Shown in pieces: positions 63,791 to 64,000 of a stretch of 64,000 nucleotides of DNA. Origin of the DNA: Phaeosaccion multiseriatum (lineage: Eukaryota > Protista > Ochrophyta, other classes); NCBI GenBank assembly GCA_965112735.1, contig OZ218952.1, forward strand, positions 186,001-250,000, given 5' to 3'. The position numbers and the translations under genes are program-made. Numbering within the stretch: position 1 is the stretch's first letter; every line of letters starts with the position of its first letter. The notes under the pieces are model-generated. The model was not told where the DNA came from. It ran no database searches and saw only the letters and a list, made by a program, of their open reading frames with translations.

Positions 63791-64000
63791 GCTGCTGACA
63801 CCTCCCCTCTTCCTCTTGCATTGCACCACATCACACCGCATTGTTTCTTGCCGGTTGGTCCCTGGCAATGAATGCATGTGACAAATGACAAATGAATAAC
63901 CAACAGGCGCAGGCGCGTATGCAGATGTTGCGACAGGAAGAGGACCTCAGCGAGCTCGGCGTACATGTGGACCGAGTGGGGCAGTTGGGGCAAGTCATCA
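62139..64000 (+). CDS. STX6: Syntaxin-6/Tlg1/SYP61-type Qc-SNARE, 3'-truncated by the window
   Basis: MASNADPFDVAKD, QLRDLKRTVDLVE..F..VTDAELADRRAF (Syntaxin-6_N) and SNARE start QEEDLSELGVHVDRVGQLG. Confidence 0.85.
62822..63019. repeat. Intronic (CTC)n microsatellite, about 200 bp
   Basis: Directly visible, in the intron between donor 62742 and the acceptor near 63131. Confidence 0.95.

Overview
Gene-dense, GC-rich, intron-rich eukaryotic nuclear DNA, most likely from a photosynthetic, flagellate stramenopile (ochrophyte). The support is an LHCR-type antenna gene and a second protein with bipartite ...AF plastid-targeting presequences, plus the cilia-associated genes ODAD3/CCDC151 and ARL16. 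About 21 protein-coding genes can be reconstructed by hand from GT-AG introns: MsrA-like (partial), LHCR, B-box/IQ/WW protein, ARL16, MYND-finger protein, FAM241-like, CCDC151, an orphan ORF, a BT1 folate-biopterin transporter, an EF-hand protein, a KEN-box protein with a Sororin-like C-terminus, RNR small subunit, a ~3,970-aa coiled-coil protein, Arc1p/AIMP1, TRAPPC1, SERRATE/ARS2, a small plastid membrane protein, a MidA-like methyltransferase-TPR protein, RRP9, an N4BP2/NONU-1-like kinase-CUE-Smr protein and syntaxin-6 (partial). Sixteen of these form eight head-to-head pairs. The most interesting observation is a candidate stramenopile Sororin: three KEN boxes plus a spliced-on terminal motif, transcribed divergently from RNR2 across a spacer with three E2F-consensus sites. 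Other highlights are a duplicated poison 3' splice site in the Smr nuclease gene, a CpG-free 85-bp tandem array, a 41-Gly expansion inside an EF-hand loop and a 15-nt micro-exon. No tRNA, rRNA, CRISPR array or recognisable transposon was seen. Exon boundaries are manual predictions and family assignments come from motif recognition, not database searches.
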